A stretch of 64,000 bases of DNA, taken from the NCBI RefSeq assembly GCF_009914755.1, contig NC_060934.1; one strand, given 5' to 3'. Origin of the DNA: the human T2T-CHM13v2.0 reference genome, Homo sapiens. The position numbers were made by a program, and so were the translations under genes. The notes under the pieces were generated by a model. It did not search any database. It was not told the DNA's origin and saw nothing but the letters and a program-made list of their open reading frames with translations. Positions 42,195-56,286 of this stretch are shown piece after piece. Position 1 is the first letter of the stretch, and every line of letters starts with the position of its first letter.

Positions 42195-43916
42195 GTAAGT
42201 GATTACACCAACACTCAATAACCTTGCAGCCTCTTAATCCTACAATCCACCCATTTAATAGAAATATTTGTGTTTCAGAGACAGGCATTCATTTAGGAAT
42301 TTGCAACATGTTTCATAGACATGAGAAGCAGCTTCATTGGTCAAAAAGATTCTATATAAAGCCAAAGTATAAAAAAAGAATAAGGCAATTTTAAATGAAA
42401 TTGACTTCCTACCCCAATAACATAAATATGTATGGGTAATGATAATGTGAGAATGTAGGTCTTATGGAATGGTTTGACATGAAGAAGAATCAACATATGC
42501 TGCACATGATGTTGGCCTTGGGGATCTTGCTAAATGATCATTGTATTTTGATTGATATAGCTTTGGCTTATACTGAATTTTGGAAACCTTAGCCGCCAAA
42601 AAGCTTTTATTTTCATGCATCTTGTTCCTGAGCTAATCTAAGAGGCTACAAAAAGGCTAGAGGCATGAAATCAATCACTTGACAGTTATGTTCCCGATAT
42701 ACTTGGAAAAAAAAAAGCAGTATTTGCTTTTGACTGCCACCAACATGGATAAACTGTTTGTTGGTCACACACATGAAGACTGAACACTTCACACAGGTGA
42801 GAGAGCTCAGTGCATGGCAGCCATGTTGCCTGGAACTTGCTCTCATGTGTGAAGTATCACATCACCAAGGGGAGGGAAGATGCTACTATTTGTCATGTTT
42901 AGTTTTACAATACAAAAAAGGAAAATGAAAAAAAGACACTTTGATATATATGCATCATTGTATTTTGACTTTGAATATTTTTGTGCACATAGAGTGGCTT
43001 CTTGGGTAAGGATGCATAGGGCCTAACAAGGTTTTATGTCTACCCACAACTAAAACTTCTTTTGGCTTCTCACAAATAACAACCCTTTTTTCCCCTAGTT
43101 TCTTTATCCACACAATTCCTTCTACCTGGAAGTTCCTTATTACCTGGACGTTTCTTCACATGCACTCTACTCTCCTTACTTTGCTGATTCCTACTCATCC
43201 TTTATTTCCCAGTTTAGATGCTACTTTCACTCGGAATTCTTCCCTGACCTGCCCAGTATCAACTCAGTGGCCTCCCTTATCCTCCCTTATGAAGCTATGG
43301 CACCTTTCACCAAATCCATATAGCATATCAGGAGATCTATGAGCCCAGAGTTAAGAACCTTTGCATTAGAGAGCTACACCCAGTAATGCGTTGTGAATTC
43401 CCAGTGTCTACCCACCCATGTTTTTCTGAGATAATACACTAAAGAGTTTGACCACATACCTCTCACAATTAGCCCTGTTGGTCTACCAACGCAAATTTTG
43501 CCACAAAACTTTGAGATTTACCTGAGAATATTCACTTTCTTTGTCTCAGTCAAACCTTTATTTGGTGTTTGTTTCCATTCTCAGTTTTAAAATGTTGCTT
43601 CCTATTTGAGAATAAAAAAAATTATTAGTGTAAAAACCTATCTATTTTAGGTTTTCTGTGTTGGAAATAATTCTTTAGATTTTGTTTTGACTTTCAATTT
43701 CTCCTCTCTATAAATTAAGATGAAAACATATTATTTGTCTCATCACAAGCTAGTTGTGCAAACTAAATTAGATCATGCATATAATTATTATCATTAAAAG
43801 CCATTATTTATTGATCCCATGCTATATGCCAAACCCTTTGCTAAGGAGCATGTATACATAAATTTATTTAATCCTCATATAAACTTAATAACAAGGTAAA
43901 AGAACCAGTAAGGCAC

Positions 43917-44878
43917 TGTAGGGTCCAGACCTACGGGGCTTTGTGGGTGTTCTACCTGTGTGCAGAGATGAGAGATTGTAAGAAATAAAGACACAAGACA
44001 AAGAGATAAAGAGAAAACAGCTGGGCCCGGGGAACCACTACCACCAAGATGCGGAGACAGGTAGTGGCCCTGAATGGCTGGGCGTGCTGATATTTATTGT
44101 ATACAAGACAAGAGGGCAGGGTAAGGAGGGTGAGTCCTCCAAGTGATTGATAAAGTTGAGCAAGTCATGTGATCATAGGACCGGCCCCTTCCCTTTTAGG
44201 TAGCCAAAGCAGAGAGGGAAGGCAGCATACATCAGCGTTTTCCTCTATGCACTTATCAGAAAGACCAAAGACTTTAAGACTTCCACTATTTCTTCTACCG
44301 CTATCTTCTAAGAACTTCAAAGAGGAACCGGGAGTATGGGAGGAACATGAAAGTGGACAAGAATCGAGACCCCTGAAGCACAGCACCACAGGGAGGGGTT
44401 TAAGCTTCCAGATGACCTCAGACAGGCCTGGATAATATCTAACCACCCACAAGAAGCTGGTGGAGCAGAGTGTTTCCAGACTCCTTCAAGGAAAGGGAGA
44501 CTGCCTTCGCGGTCTGCTAAGTAACGGGTGCCTTCCCAGGCACTGGCTTCACCTCTTGACCAAGGAGCCCTCAAGTGGCCTTTATGTGGGCATGACAGAA
44601 GGCTCACCTCTTGCCTTCTTGGTCACTTCTCACAGTGTCCCTTCAGCACCTGACCCTATACCCACCAGTTATTCCTTGGTTATATTAGTAACACAACAAA
44701 GAGTAAAATTTAAAAGCTAATGATTAATAATGTCTATACTAATGATTGATAATGTCCATAATCATCTCTATATCTAATTTGTGTTATAACTATTCTTATT
44801 CTATTTTTTTATTATTATACTGAAACAGTTTGTGCCTTCAGTTTCTTGCCTCAGCACCTGGGTAATCATCCGCCCACA
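43917..44878 (-). mobile_element. LTR13A-like solo LTR (HERV-K/HML-4 group), inserted in a MIR
   Basis: Reverse strand starts tgtgggcggatgattacccaggtg; 962 bp with TG...CA ends; perfect 6-bp TSD AGGCAC at 43911-43916 and 44879-44884. Confidence 0.9.
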
Positions 44879-45664
44879 AGGCACTCAGCCAAGATACAAA
44901 CTAAGGCAGTATGATGACAGTAAAGACTCAAGTGCTACAGTAAACTGCTTCCATTTTCAGCCACTCTTGAAAGTCCTTGTAAATAATAGCTAAGAAGTTA
45001 TTCCTCTGTACACTCTTATGAAATATCTGTGGTCCACATGGGAGGGTAAAGGCTGATAAATTTCTTGAAATGTCCCCACACAGGTCTGTGCTTTCTGTGG
45101 TTACGGTGGGAGGGAAGGTAATGAATGTGGCAGATCTGTTTCACATGGTTTGCTTATCTCTGTAGCCATGGCAATTACTCTTGGTCAGACTCTGAGAAGT
45201 AAACTATTGCAATGTTTTCACAGATCTTGAGTATTGATGTTGTTCTATATGCCTGAAGCAGTACGTAAATATGAGCCAAGTCATCAGCATGTTTAAAGTA
45301 AATCTAAAGATTAATGATGGGCACATTGCTGCATGGTTTGGAGTCTGTACCAGGGCTAACCACAACGTAGACAGCTTCCTTCAAGAAAGATGGACTCCAA
45401 GATTCATGCAGGGTCTCCTGGGCAATAATATCCCATATATAATCCTGCAGTTCATAGCTAGAGGGAAAAAGATCTCCTTTTGTTCCTACAGAAAGAAGAC
45501 ACGAAACATTATGGTCAACTTCTCTAGCCTTTAACGATGTATTTTTCTTTACTGCGATTACTGCATTATATCCATTATACTAATAAATTTTAGCTATATA
45601 TGTAGCTTTATGTTGAGCAATGTGAGTTTTTCCAATGAACTACTAAAGTATTAGGTGATCATGG

Positions 45665-46519
45665 TGAAACGGGCAAGGTTCCCTTGTCCCCCTCGCAGGG
45701 CATGCGATGGGAGAGTGGCTCACTTCTTCAGTGCCCCGCTGGTCACAACTCTAGGGGAGCATATAGACGGGCAGACTGTTGGACTCCAACCCCACAGCAG
45801 TGTATAGGGGCGAATGTTTACATCTGAAGCCCCAGTGGGCATGTGCTACAGGGTGCTCTTTTAGTTTACTGTCTATAGACATCTTGTGGTAACCATCTCA
45901 CTTAGACCCTCTACCTTGTAGCAAGGACAGAGGGCTTTCTGTATCCTGGGTTCTTTCCTCGGTGTACTGGAAGAATCGGATTACACGTGGGCTTGGAGAA
46001 TGAGTGCAAGGTTTTATTGAGTGGGAGTAGCTGTCCGCCAGCTGGGGAGCCAGAATGGAGATTGTTTTTCCCTAGAGTTGGGCCACTCGGTGGCCCTGGC
46101 TCTCCTCTGACTGCCCCAGCCAAACTCCACATCTTCCACCCCCTGCCCCCCCACCCAATGGCCTGCCCACGTGCTGGTGTTTTTAGGAATGCTCTTCCAC
46201 TGGCGTGCTCCCTCAATGTCTTCTCGCTGTCCAGCCACTTATGTCTTCCGTTGATGTGCTCCTCTCAACATCTGGTTGCCTATATGTCTGCCTGCTAGGG
46301 TCTTGGGTTTTTATAGGCCCAGGATGGGGGTGTGGTAGGCCAGGGTTGTCTTGGAAAATGCAACATTTGGGTGCAAAAGCAGGCTTGCCTGTCCTCACCT
46401 AGGTCCATGGGGGTGGAGCCCTAGCCAGGGACCCGCCTTTCTCTAACCAGCACTTCCCTGCCCCGCTTCCCTATCATTTAAAGGGACCATGTTCTTCCCT
46501 TCCCAGCACTCCTGTATCA
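45665..46519 (-). mobile_element. LTR1-family (LTR1/27/28-like) ERV1 solo LTR
   Basis: Reverse strand starts tgatacaggagtgctgggaagggaag; 855 bp; perfect 4-bp TSD ATGG at 45661-45664 and 46520-46523. Confidence 0.8.
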
Positions 46520-46728
46520 ATGGGACTGCCAATGCATATGTTAAGAAGTAAACATGAGGAATGGTTTTAAGCTTCTTTCATCAATCCATGGTAGTTCTGT
46601 AACGGTGATACATGCAAAGACGAAAACGTTTTAAACCTGACTGACCAAAGGCAACTAGCTTAAGTAAACACAGCCTGGCACTTTGGAAGTTAGTCAGTGA
46701 GGTGTGGACTCCCTTCAGTGATCATTCT

Positions 46729-47556
46729 TCAGTTTTAATTTTTTTTTTTTTTTAATTTCTATAGGTCACTGGGGGAATAGGTGGTATTGGTTAAATGAGT
46801 AAGGTCTTCAGTGGTGATTTGTGAGATCTTGGTGCACCCATCACCCAAGCAGTATACATTGCACCCTGTTTGTAGTCTTTTATCCCTCACCCCCTTCCCA
46901 TCCATTCTCCCAAGTCCCCAAAGTCCATTGTGTCATTCTTATGCCTTTGCATCCTCATAGCTCCCACTTATGAGTGAGAACATACGATGTTTGGTTTTCC
47001 AGTCCTGAATTACTTCACTTAGAATAATAGTCTCCAATCTCATCCAGGTAGCTGTGAATGCCATTAATTCATTCCTTTTTGTGGCTCAGTAGTATTTCAT
47101 CATATATATATGTAGAAATATTCCCTGTTCACTGCATCCATGCAAATATCTACTATTTTTTATTTTTTGATTAAGGCCATTCTTGCAGGAGTAAGGCAGT
47201 ATCACATTGTCGTTTTGATTTGCATTTCCCTGATCATTAGTGATGTTGAGCATTTTTTCATATGTTTGTTGGTCATTTGTATATATTGGCTTAGGCAAGG
47301 ATTTCATGACCAAGAACCGAAAAGCAAGTGCGATAAAAACAAAGATAAATTTCTGGGATTTAATTAAACTGAAGAGCTTTTGCACAGGAAAAGGAACAGT
47401 CAGCAGAGTAAACAGTCAACCCACAGAGTGGGAGAAAATCTTCACAACCTATATATCTGACAAATGACTAATATTCAGAATTTACAATAAACTCAAGCAA
47501 AGCAACAAGAAAAAAAATCCCATCAAAAAGTGAGCTAAAGACATTAATAAACAATT
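46729..47556 (-). mobile_element. L1PB1-like truncated element with 5' inversion
   Basis: T-tail and L1PB 3'UTR antisense up to ~47284, then sense ORF2 ([10 protein letters not shown]...); degenerate TSD t(t/g)cagtgatcat(t/a)ct at 46714-46728 and 47557-47571. Confidence 0.87.
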
Positions 47557-49973
47557 TGCAGTGATCATACTAAGGATGATATAAAACCACTTTAATTTCT
47601 GTAACCAATGTATTCTACAACTAGCGTTCCTGCCTTTCTGCCTCTGTTACCAACACAGCCCCCAAATCCATTCTTTCCAAAGCTTATCCCAACAGCATCT
47701 CTCCCTTAGTTATGTAATCCATGAGTTCAGCTTTTTGGTTTCAGATATTAAGTAGTTATGTCATCTTTAAGGGAGATTATATTTTCTTTCTATGAGAAAG
47801 TATATAGTGTTATGACGCATCAGACATTGGTTTGCATTTCAGCTCTGCCATTTACCATTTAAATACTTTACCATTTAAATAAATGAACCAAAGACACATA
47901 CATATCTTTAAGTCATGTCATTAAATCATGAAATTTGAGTCAGTTTCTTCAGTTGAAAATGTAAATAATAATTATCTATCTTTCAGAGCTGTGTAAGATT
48001 GGAAAAATCCCTATTAGTTTTCTAGAAGTCGGGTAATCTCTATGGGTTAATTGATTTTATACTAATAAATCCAATACTGTTTAGGCAATTATTAGCTCTT
48101 TAGTTTTTCTATCTATGTAAAATATAGAAATATATACATATATAATATAATTAATGTCAATGAAGAATTGGACATATGAACAATATTTTATTTCTTTGAA
48201 AATACACTACTTGAATTTTAATTATTTCATTGTATTTCATCTTCTTAAAAACAATCTGAAATAAGTAGAAAATGAATATTCCTATTAATGAGTAAATGCT
48301 TAACTAACACACCCTTCATATTATATCTGGAATAATTATTTCCTTTAGAAATAACACTGCACATTTTGATAAGTTTTAAAAAGCTGCTTGCAAAATTGGC
48401 TTCTTTTTTCAATTTAAACTGCAATTTATGCTAAATTATTTTTAATATCTGGGAGCTCATTTTTTTAAAAATCACAAAACACCCTTATTAATGTCTAGAA
48501 AAGAAGAATGAAAGCCTGCAAATAATATAGACTCTTGGACCAGCCATTCTATGAGCACACAGTCTGTAAAGAGGGAGAGCTGCCCATTATGCTAGTGATG
48601 ATGATAACCCATAAGTTATTCTACCTCTGAATTTAGGAAAACAATCACTTAAACTCCCCCTGTCTAGTGTAAACATAGCCTTTCTTCACAGATGATATTG
48701 TATATTTTATACCGATAGTCTACCTTTCAGCCAGTTCTCACACTTACATCTGGAACTGGCCAAAGTGTCTTCAACAAAGTCTGAGGTGATTCTCTAGAGA
48801 AAGAAAGTGCTTTGCTCAAAGTGTTCACCAAGTGCTAGAGATTCACCTATGTTTAAATAAAAGTGGGTTAAAAAAATAAATCTCTTGACAGCAGTGGAGT
48901 AAGAGGGTATAACTCATAATTAATGGTAAAAGAAAATACTCTCTTCTCTTCCTCTATTACCCTTTCCAGATTTCAGGTCTTAAAAGAATGTAGACCTGTA
49001 TTGCTCATTTATATACAATTTTTATTTCTCTCCTTCCTGCTTTTTAGAGTTCCTTCATCTTTTAGACAAAAGTCCTCAGAATGAGTCTAACTCTGATAAT
49101 GTAATTAAAACCTTGGGTTTCAGAACCTCAGATTTCTTGTTAGCAAAAATATGATAAATACAAAAAAATGCCTAGTTGCACAGTGGCTTGCACATAATAG
49201 GTGCTTAATAAATGCTTATTACTACTGTTACCAATAATGTTGCTTTGATGATTAAATAAAGTAATATCTTTCAAATTATCTAGCAACGCTGACCAAAATG
49301 AGTAAAAATTCACTTACTTCTGGTTTGCTAAATTAACAAAGGTTAAAGTAGCTATCTCTTAGAGCAGTGTAATGATCAATTTACCTACCTAAAATCAAAA
49401 AGAAACCTCTGACAAAAAATGGGAAACAAATACGTGGTGCTTAAGTGAGATCTCATAAACTGATTTTATATTTGACCACCTTACTGTGGAACTTGTGCGG
49501 AATGAATCAACATACGTAGTTTCCATATAAACAAAAACAAAGCCTTTTTAATGCGAAAACTGGGATTCATAAATAAACATACAATGTGTGTATTCATAGG
49601 ACACACAATGAGATGAATGAATCTCAAATAAAATAAAATATAGATTTTATTTGTAGTTGAAAGGAAATGTTATCTTTTTGCTCTCCCAGGCATAGCATTT
49701 TATAAACTATTATTTTATCATCCTGGTCAATGGAGAAATAATCTGATACCCAAAAATTTTAGTGAAGTCATCTGATTTAGAGTACATACTCCTTTAAAAT
49801 AATGGTGGAAGATTCTTACATGCATATAAGAAACTTTATTAAAATTTTTAAAATTTTTATTCTAATAAGCAAAAAAATAAATGAGTAAAGAGTTGCAGAA
49901 AAATTCTCTCTCTCTGGGCTCTCTTGGTCTTTTAAAAATCTTGAGGGACCATAATTAATCTGAGAAGAAGGAG

Positions 49974-50411
49974 TGCCCTAGTCTATTTTGGGTTGCTATA
50001 AGGAAATACCTGAAGGTGGGTAATTTATAAAGAAAGAATGTTTATTTGGCTCAGATTCTGATAACTGAAAAGTTCAGTATTGGGCATCTGATTCTGGTAA
50101 GAACCTCAGACTGTTCCTACTCATGACAGATGACCAAAAGGAACTGGCTTGAGCAGAAATCACCATGCTGAGGGAGAAGAGGAAAGAAAGAAAGGGAAGG
50201 TGCCAGACTCTTTTGAACACCAGCTCTCTGGGAACTAGCAGAATGAGAATTCATTCACCCCTTAGGGAGGGCATTAATCTATTCATAAGGGATCCTCCCC
50301 CATGACCTAACACCTCCCTTTAGGCCCTACCTCCCCACACTGCCACACTGGGGATCAAATTTCAGCATGAGATTTGGTGGGGATGAACAAATCATATCTA
50401 AACCACAGCAC
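49974..50411 (-). mobile_element. MST (C/D-like) MaLR solo LTR
   Basis: gttgctataaggaaatacctg...tttcagcatgagatttggtggg...aaaccacagca. Confidence 0.85.
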
Positions 50412-50659
50412 AGAGAGATGCGGAAGATCACATGGAAGGAAAAGAAGTGTTCCATTGTGGTCCAAATCAGTCACTCTCGCTGTTGGTCAGCAGTCTTCTA
50501 TTCCATTATATTGTCAGGTGGTTTCCTTAACCTTCCTGCAAGCAATCTGTGCTGATTACTCAAGGAATGAGGATGCTTGTCTTCCTTTTTCTTATTTATA
50601 AAACAAGTAGACAGTTTTCAGTTGTTAATCAGAATGTGAGAAGTCTGTAGAAATGTGTT

Positions 50660-51090
50660 TTAGGCGTTTCAGAGCAATTGAGACAATCATAAGCAATATG
50701 TGGTATAATTCTACAATATTATTCTTCTCTGCAATAAAAAGGAACTAAGAACTACTACACAAAATGAAATGAATGAATCTCAAAGATTCATAAGCCAGAT
50801 ATGAAAGACTGCATTGTGTATAATTTCATTTTCATGAACTTTCTAGAACAGGAAAAGCTAATCTATGGTGGAAGAAATACAGGTTTTCCTGGAGAAACTG
50901 AGGGGTAGTAGCTGTTAGATGACTGGGAAAGGATACAAGGAGTCTTCTGTGGTGACTGAATGTTCTGTATTTTAACAGGGTTTTGAGTGTTACACAAGTG
51001 CATGCATTTGTCAAAACCCATCAATCCATACCACTGAAAATCTGTGCATTTGTTTATTTGTAAATTGTACTCCTAGAATAAATTTTGGGA
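50660..51090 (+). mobile_element. L1ME-like 3' end
   Basis: gaatgaatctcaaa...ttctagaacaggaaaagctaatctatggtg. Confidence 0.75.
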
Positions 51091-52378
51091 AAAAAGTCTT
51101 ACATTCCTGCACTTGTGCATCTGTCTACTACAATTTCATCTCTTGTGCTTCTCTTCTAAGTCCTGTATGACTACATTATATTTTACAATTTAAAATATCT
51201 AAAACCCAGCTGAAAAAGAAGTGTGTAACATGTGGTCACAGGCATGGAAGGAAAAGGAAAGTATATCAAGTGCTAACTGACAGCTCACAGCAGTGTATCC
51301 TCTCACCATTATGGATGAGGCAGGTTCGCAAAATCAAATGCTTCCACAGTTGATGCTTTATAAATAAAAAAATGGATTGCCTGAGGGAATACAAGATAAT
51401 CTAAATGGACCAGCCAACTGCTGACATCTAGAAATTTAAGTACAGGGTGGCCAGATTTCTAGATTTCTCAAGTGAAACTAGATATATATTTTACAGAAAT
51501 TAAATCTCTAGTTTCAAATATGAATTCAAATATTTTTCACCAATTTCAAGTCAAACAAAGTCTGTTGATAACCAGGATACATGGATCATAACATTGTAAG
51601 CAATATAATACAGGGAAGTCACCTAATCCCTATGGATTATCTGTGAACTTCTGTATTCTGCTAAAGCAAATCAACAAATGTTTTTTGAAGGAACAAAAGC
51701 CTTTGAGTCTTGTTCATATCAACTCACTGCCCTTTAAAGTTTTTTATTTCTATTTGTACTAAACTTTAATTTCTAAATCAAAACTTCCTATATTTAAAGT
51801 TTTGCTAGCAAAGCACATTAGCTCTACAAGTTGGTATTACAAGTGTACGGAAGTGCATAATAATACATAGAGAATAATAGAGAACTAAAAGTTTAAATTT
51901 GGCATTCTGCCCACTTATTATCTACTCTTCTGCAAACTTTTGCAGTATTTGTACTTTCTCTGGTCATGTCTTTTCAGCTTCCGAGAGTGCAATGATTCTC
52001 CTTAACTATCACCAAGTCTAAGGTGAAACCATAGGTCATGTATATGGCCCACTTCCTTGTTCCCTCAGGTTTCCATTACATAGCAGGAATTTTTAAAAGA
52101 TATTCAACAGCTAATTCCCACCCCAAACAACAGCTAATTTTACAGATTATTATTTCAGAAGAGGATCGATGCAAGCTAAAATGCTCTCTTTTTTTTTTGT
52201 CTATGCCATATTAATGGAGATATTTCCTTAAAGGCATCCAATTAGAATATAAGCTCTCCAAAGGTAGAGGCTAAGTCTGTTTTGTTCAATGCTGCATCCT
52301 CAGCCTCAGCCCTTGGAATAGTGTCTGACACTCAGCAGACTCTCAAAAATATTTCTATCAGAAAAAAAAAAAAATAGT

Positions 52379-52683
52379 TGACCGGGTGTGGTGGCTCACG
52401 CCTGTAATCCCAGCACTTTGGGAAGCCGAGATGGGAGGATCACTTGAGGTCAGGAGTTGGAGACCAGCCTGGCCAACATGTGAAACCCTGCCTCTACTAA
52501 AAATACAAAAATATTAGCCAGGTGTGGTGGCACATGCCTGTAATCCCAGCTACTCAGGAGGCTGAGGCAGGGGAATCACCTGAACCCAGGAGGTAGAGGT
52601 TCCAGTGAGCCGAGATCACACCGTTGCACTCAGTCTGGGGGACTGACTGAGACTCTGTCTCAAAAAGAACAACAACAACAAAG
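52379..52683 (+). mobile_element. AluSx-type
   Basis: Full dimer with (AAC)n tail. Confidence 0.92.
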
Positions 52684-53288
52684 TTTTGAGAATGAAAAGT
52701 AAAAAGTTGACTAAATTATAGTACTCCATAATAAACAATATAATGACTACAGGGATGTCCATTGATATCAAGAACCTAAGCAAACAAGAAATCTAAATGC
52801 CGAAAATAATCCTATATTTGGAACTAAATCAGAATTTTTATATATGTGCATATATTTGTGTTAACATATGAACTTGTTTTGAATACAATTTTTGTGTCAT
52901 CAAGAATGTGATGGAAAGATACCCACCAAATTGTTAACATTTGTTATTTCAGAGTTGGTGGAGTAGAAATGGGGTAGAGTGCAATTATTATTTGTTTCAG
53001 TATTTTTATACTTTATTATTATAACAAGCTTGCATTGTTTGTTTAAATTAAGACTAAACCTTATAAATAAAAGCAAAAATATTTTACTAGTATCTCATGA
53101 GTTACAAAACACCAATTTGGGGAAAAACTGGAATCGACACAGTGAGAAATGAAATAATACTTAGCAAGACTTGGACAAATACACAACTTTGGAGGCAAGA
53201 AATAAAATAATTAATAAGTATACAAAAGCTGGAATTTGGCAAATGTTGACACAATTTAGCCTAAATAAAAGTAGCATGAAAAACGTAA

Positions 53289-53763
<475 letters not shown>

Positions 53764-53899
53764 AATGAGCCAGAATTCTAACCTGTCTGCTCAGCTCCAG
53801 AGCATATGCTTAGCACTGTTACATTTATGTTAAATTAAACCCAATTTCCTTTAGATAATGATATCTTTGGGATGGGGCACATATTTTCCCCAGCTCTAT

Positions 53900-54780
53900 A
53901 ACCTAGCTGTATTTCATTTTATACATAATTTTTTTCACTCACTTCATTCACTGTGTTGTTCTTAACTCTGTCTTGCCTCTCTTGAGTAACTGCCACTCCA
54001 GATCATCCCCCAGTTTATCACCCAAGCAATAAACCTAGGAAGCTTCATTAACTCATCCTTATGACTCACACCTCATCAACTCCTGTGTAATCTATCTCCC
54101 TGATGAATCTGAAAATCACTACACCTCTAAGGCAGTGCTTCTGAAGTAGCCTTTAATTCTGTCTTGGATACTTTGAAAAAACATTTTTTGCTTTTTATAA
54201 ATTTAGTGCCTTTTTTCTTCTATTAATTCTCCACTCTGCCACAGATTACATGTTCTAAAATGCAGACATTACACTTAATGAAGATGCTTTTACAACTTTC
54301 TATAGATTCCCACTGCCAAAAAGACAATGTCATATTCCTTAACAGTAAAATGCCTTTCCCAAACTGTGCCCAGCCTTTGTTTATAGCCTCATTCTAGCCA
54401 CTCCCTACTCTTCTCACCATCTACTCTGGCAACACTGAAATTTTTGGTTAAATGAATGTTCCAAACCTTCTATGCATTCTCTTTTCACTGATATGTTTTA
54501 CTAACTAGAATGTCTTTTTCTTCTCTGTTGCACACTTACACCTGTGGCTTATTGGTTAAATTCTACTTGCAAAGCTTAGACTAAATACAGCTCCTTTGTA
54601 TTTCTCTGATCTCAACACTATAGTCAGAATCATATGCTCTAACTAGTTCCCCTACACTTTCAAGTAATTTCATTAAAGATTCTACCACATAACATTATAA
54701 ACTCCCCAACTACAATGTGATGATTTTAAGGATGGAACTAATATGTAGAATAGTGTTTGGTACTGGAGAGAATTAATCAT
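53900..54780 (+). mobile_element. L2 remnant
   Basis: ctccactctgccacagattacatgttctaaaatgcaga and downstream L2 motifs. Confidence 0.55.
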
Positions 54781-56286
54781 TGTTAATATAATGAGCTAGA
54801 GTCTAAGCTCTAGAATAACATGAAAGGTTGTATAAAATGTAATTTTTGAGAAATTATGAAGGCTTTCATACAAGTAAAAAATAAACAGGAAAAATATTTT
54901 GTTTATCAATGATGGAACAAGTAACGTGTTAAAATTGGTTAAAAGAATATTTAAGGAGCTAGGCGGTTATAGGCAATTTAATAAAGAAATGTGATTGCTG
55001 TGTGAGATGAAAAGCAGGCTGATTTGTTTTACTGGACAAGTAAGATTTGCATTCTACTGAACAAAATTCTACAAGCTAATATGTAAGTTTGCTATGGCTG
55101 AGGACCTTTAATTGCCATAACAGTAGGTGGTTTTTATTTTCACTAATTATTGCCTATTATGCATGCTATTTTGGCATTATATAATTTATGCCAGAAAACT
55201 TGGACTCCATGATTCTGATCCTTATGAAATCTTGCAAAATTATTCATAGCATTTTTAGGTTGTTATAAAAAATATGGAAAACCTCCTCACTTTTGACCAT
55301 TTTATCTTATCTCTCCTTTAAGTGTCATTAAATCTTCCTATCAGTAAATGATCACTGTATATCTATAGGTTGTAATAAAGCATCCGTAGTGGCACATTTA
55401 AGAATCAACATTGAATGACTCTTCAACTGCTAAGCAGACCATCAAATCAGGCCAGTTGCTGCCCAAGTTGGTACCAATCATTTCATTCTGATTTATTGGT
55501 GACTTAAGAGTATATTCGGGTCACGGCTCAGACTCAATTCAAAAACAAACTAGAAAATGAGGTTAGTTCTGGCAAACCAGCCATGTCCAGGGTGAGCGTG
55601 CGCAAAAAGATTAATATCATCTTCAACTCAGTAAGTCCATTAGTCCTACCACCAAATGGACATATACCATTAGGTCATCCGGGAACAAATCTTTCTTACC
55701 TGCTTCAGATCCAATATAGGAGAATTTGGTGAGAAGAAATAAAAATGGCAAGAAACTAAGGTTTTTACCCTAAGCATTCAAATAATTAAGTCCAGCAATA
55801 AGTTAGTACCAGGTGTTAATCTCTAATTTGAACACACCTAGATTTAAACACCTAAGGATTTTTCTCATCATAGAAAAAAAATAATGTAGTTTGCAAAATT
55901 TCAAACATTTGAAAGCCTCCCTTACCCACTGAGATTAAAATTTCTTTCTAAATATCACCATTTAAGAAAAAGCAGCAAATAACCAAGGGTCAAATGAGAA
56001 AATACCAAGCTCAGGCATTTCATTATATAATAAAAACACATATTTAAGTATCTAATTTAACATACAATATTAATTTGCAAATAAAGATTTGGCAAATAAG
56101 TTCTGCCAAATAATTTACCACAGGCTATCACTTTATTGTTTATAGTTTTGATAGTCTTGTTGTTGTGAAGCAACTTTACTTAAATTCACTGAATTTAATT
56201 GTATAATCCTGTAAATTCCAGCAAATGTATTCAATCATGTAACTACCATCACTATCTTAGTTTCAGTCACATCAAAATTTTCCCTG

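Noticed and set aside
44165-46402. Overlapping 60-100 aa ORFs
   Set aside because: They lie in GC-richer solo LTRs, with no gag, pol or env similarity and no internal proviral sequence.
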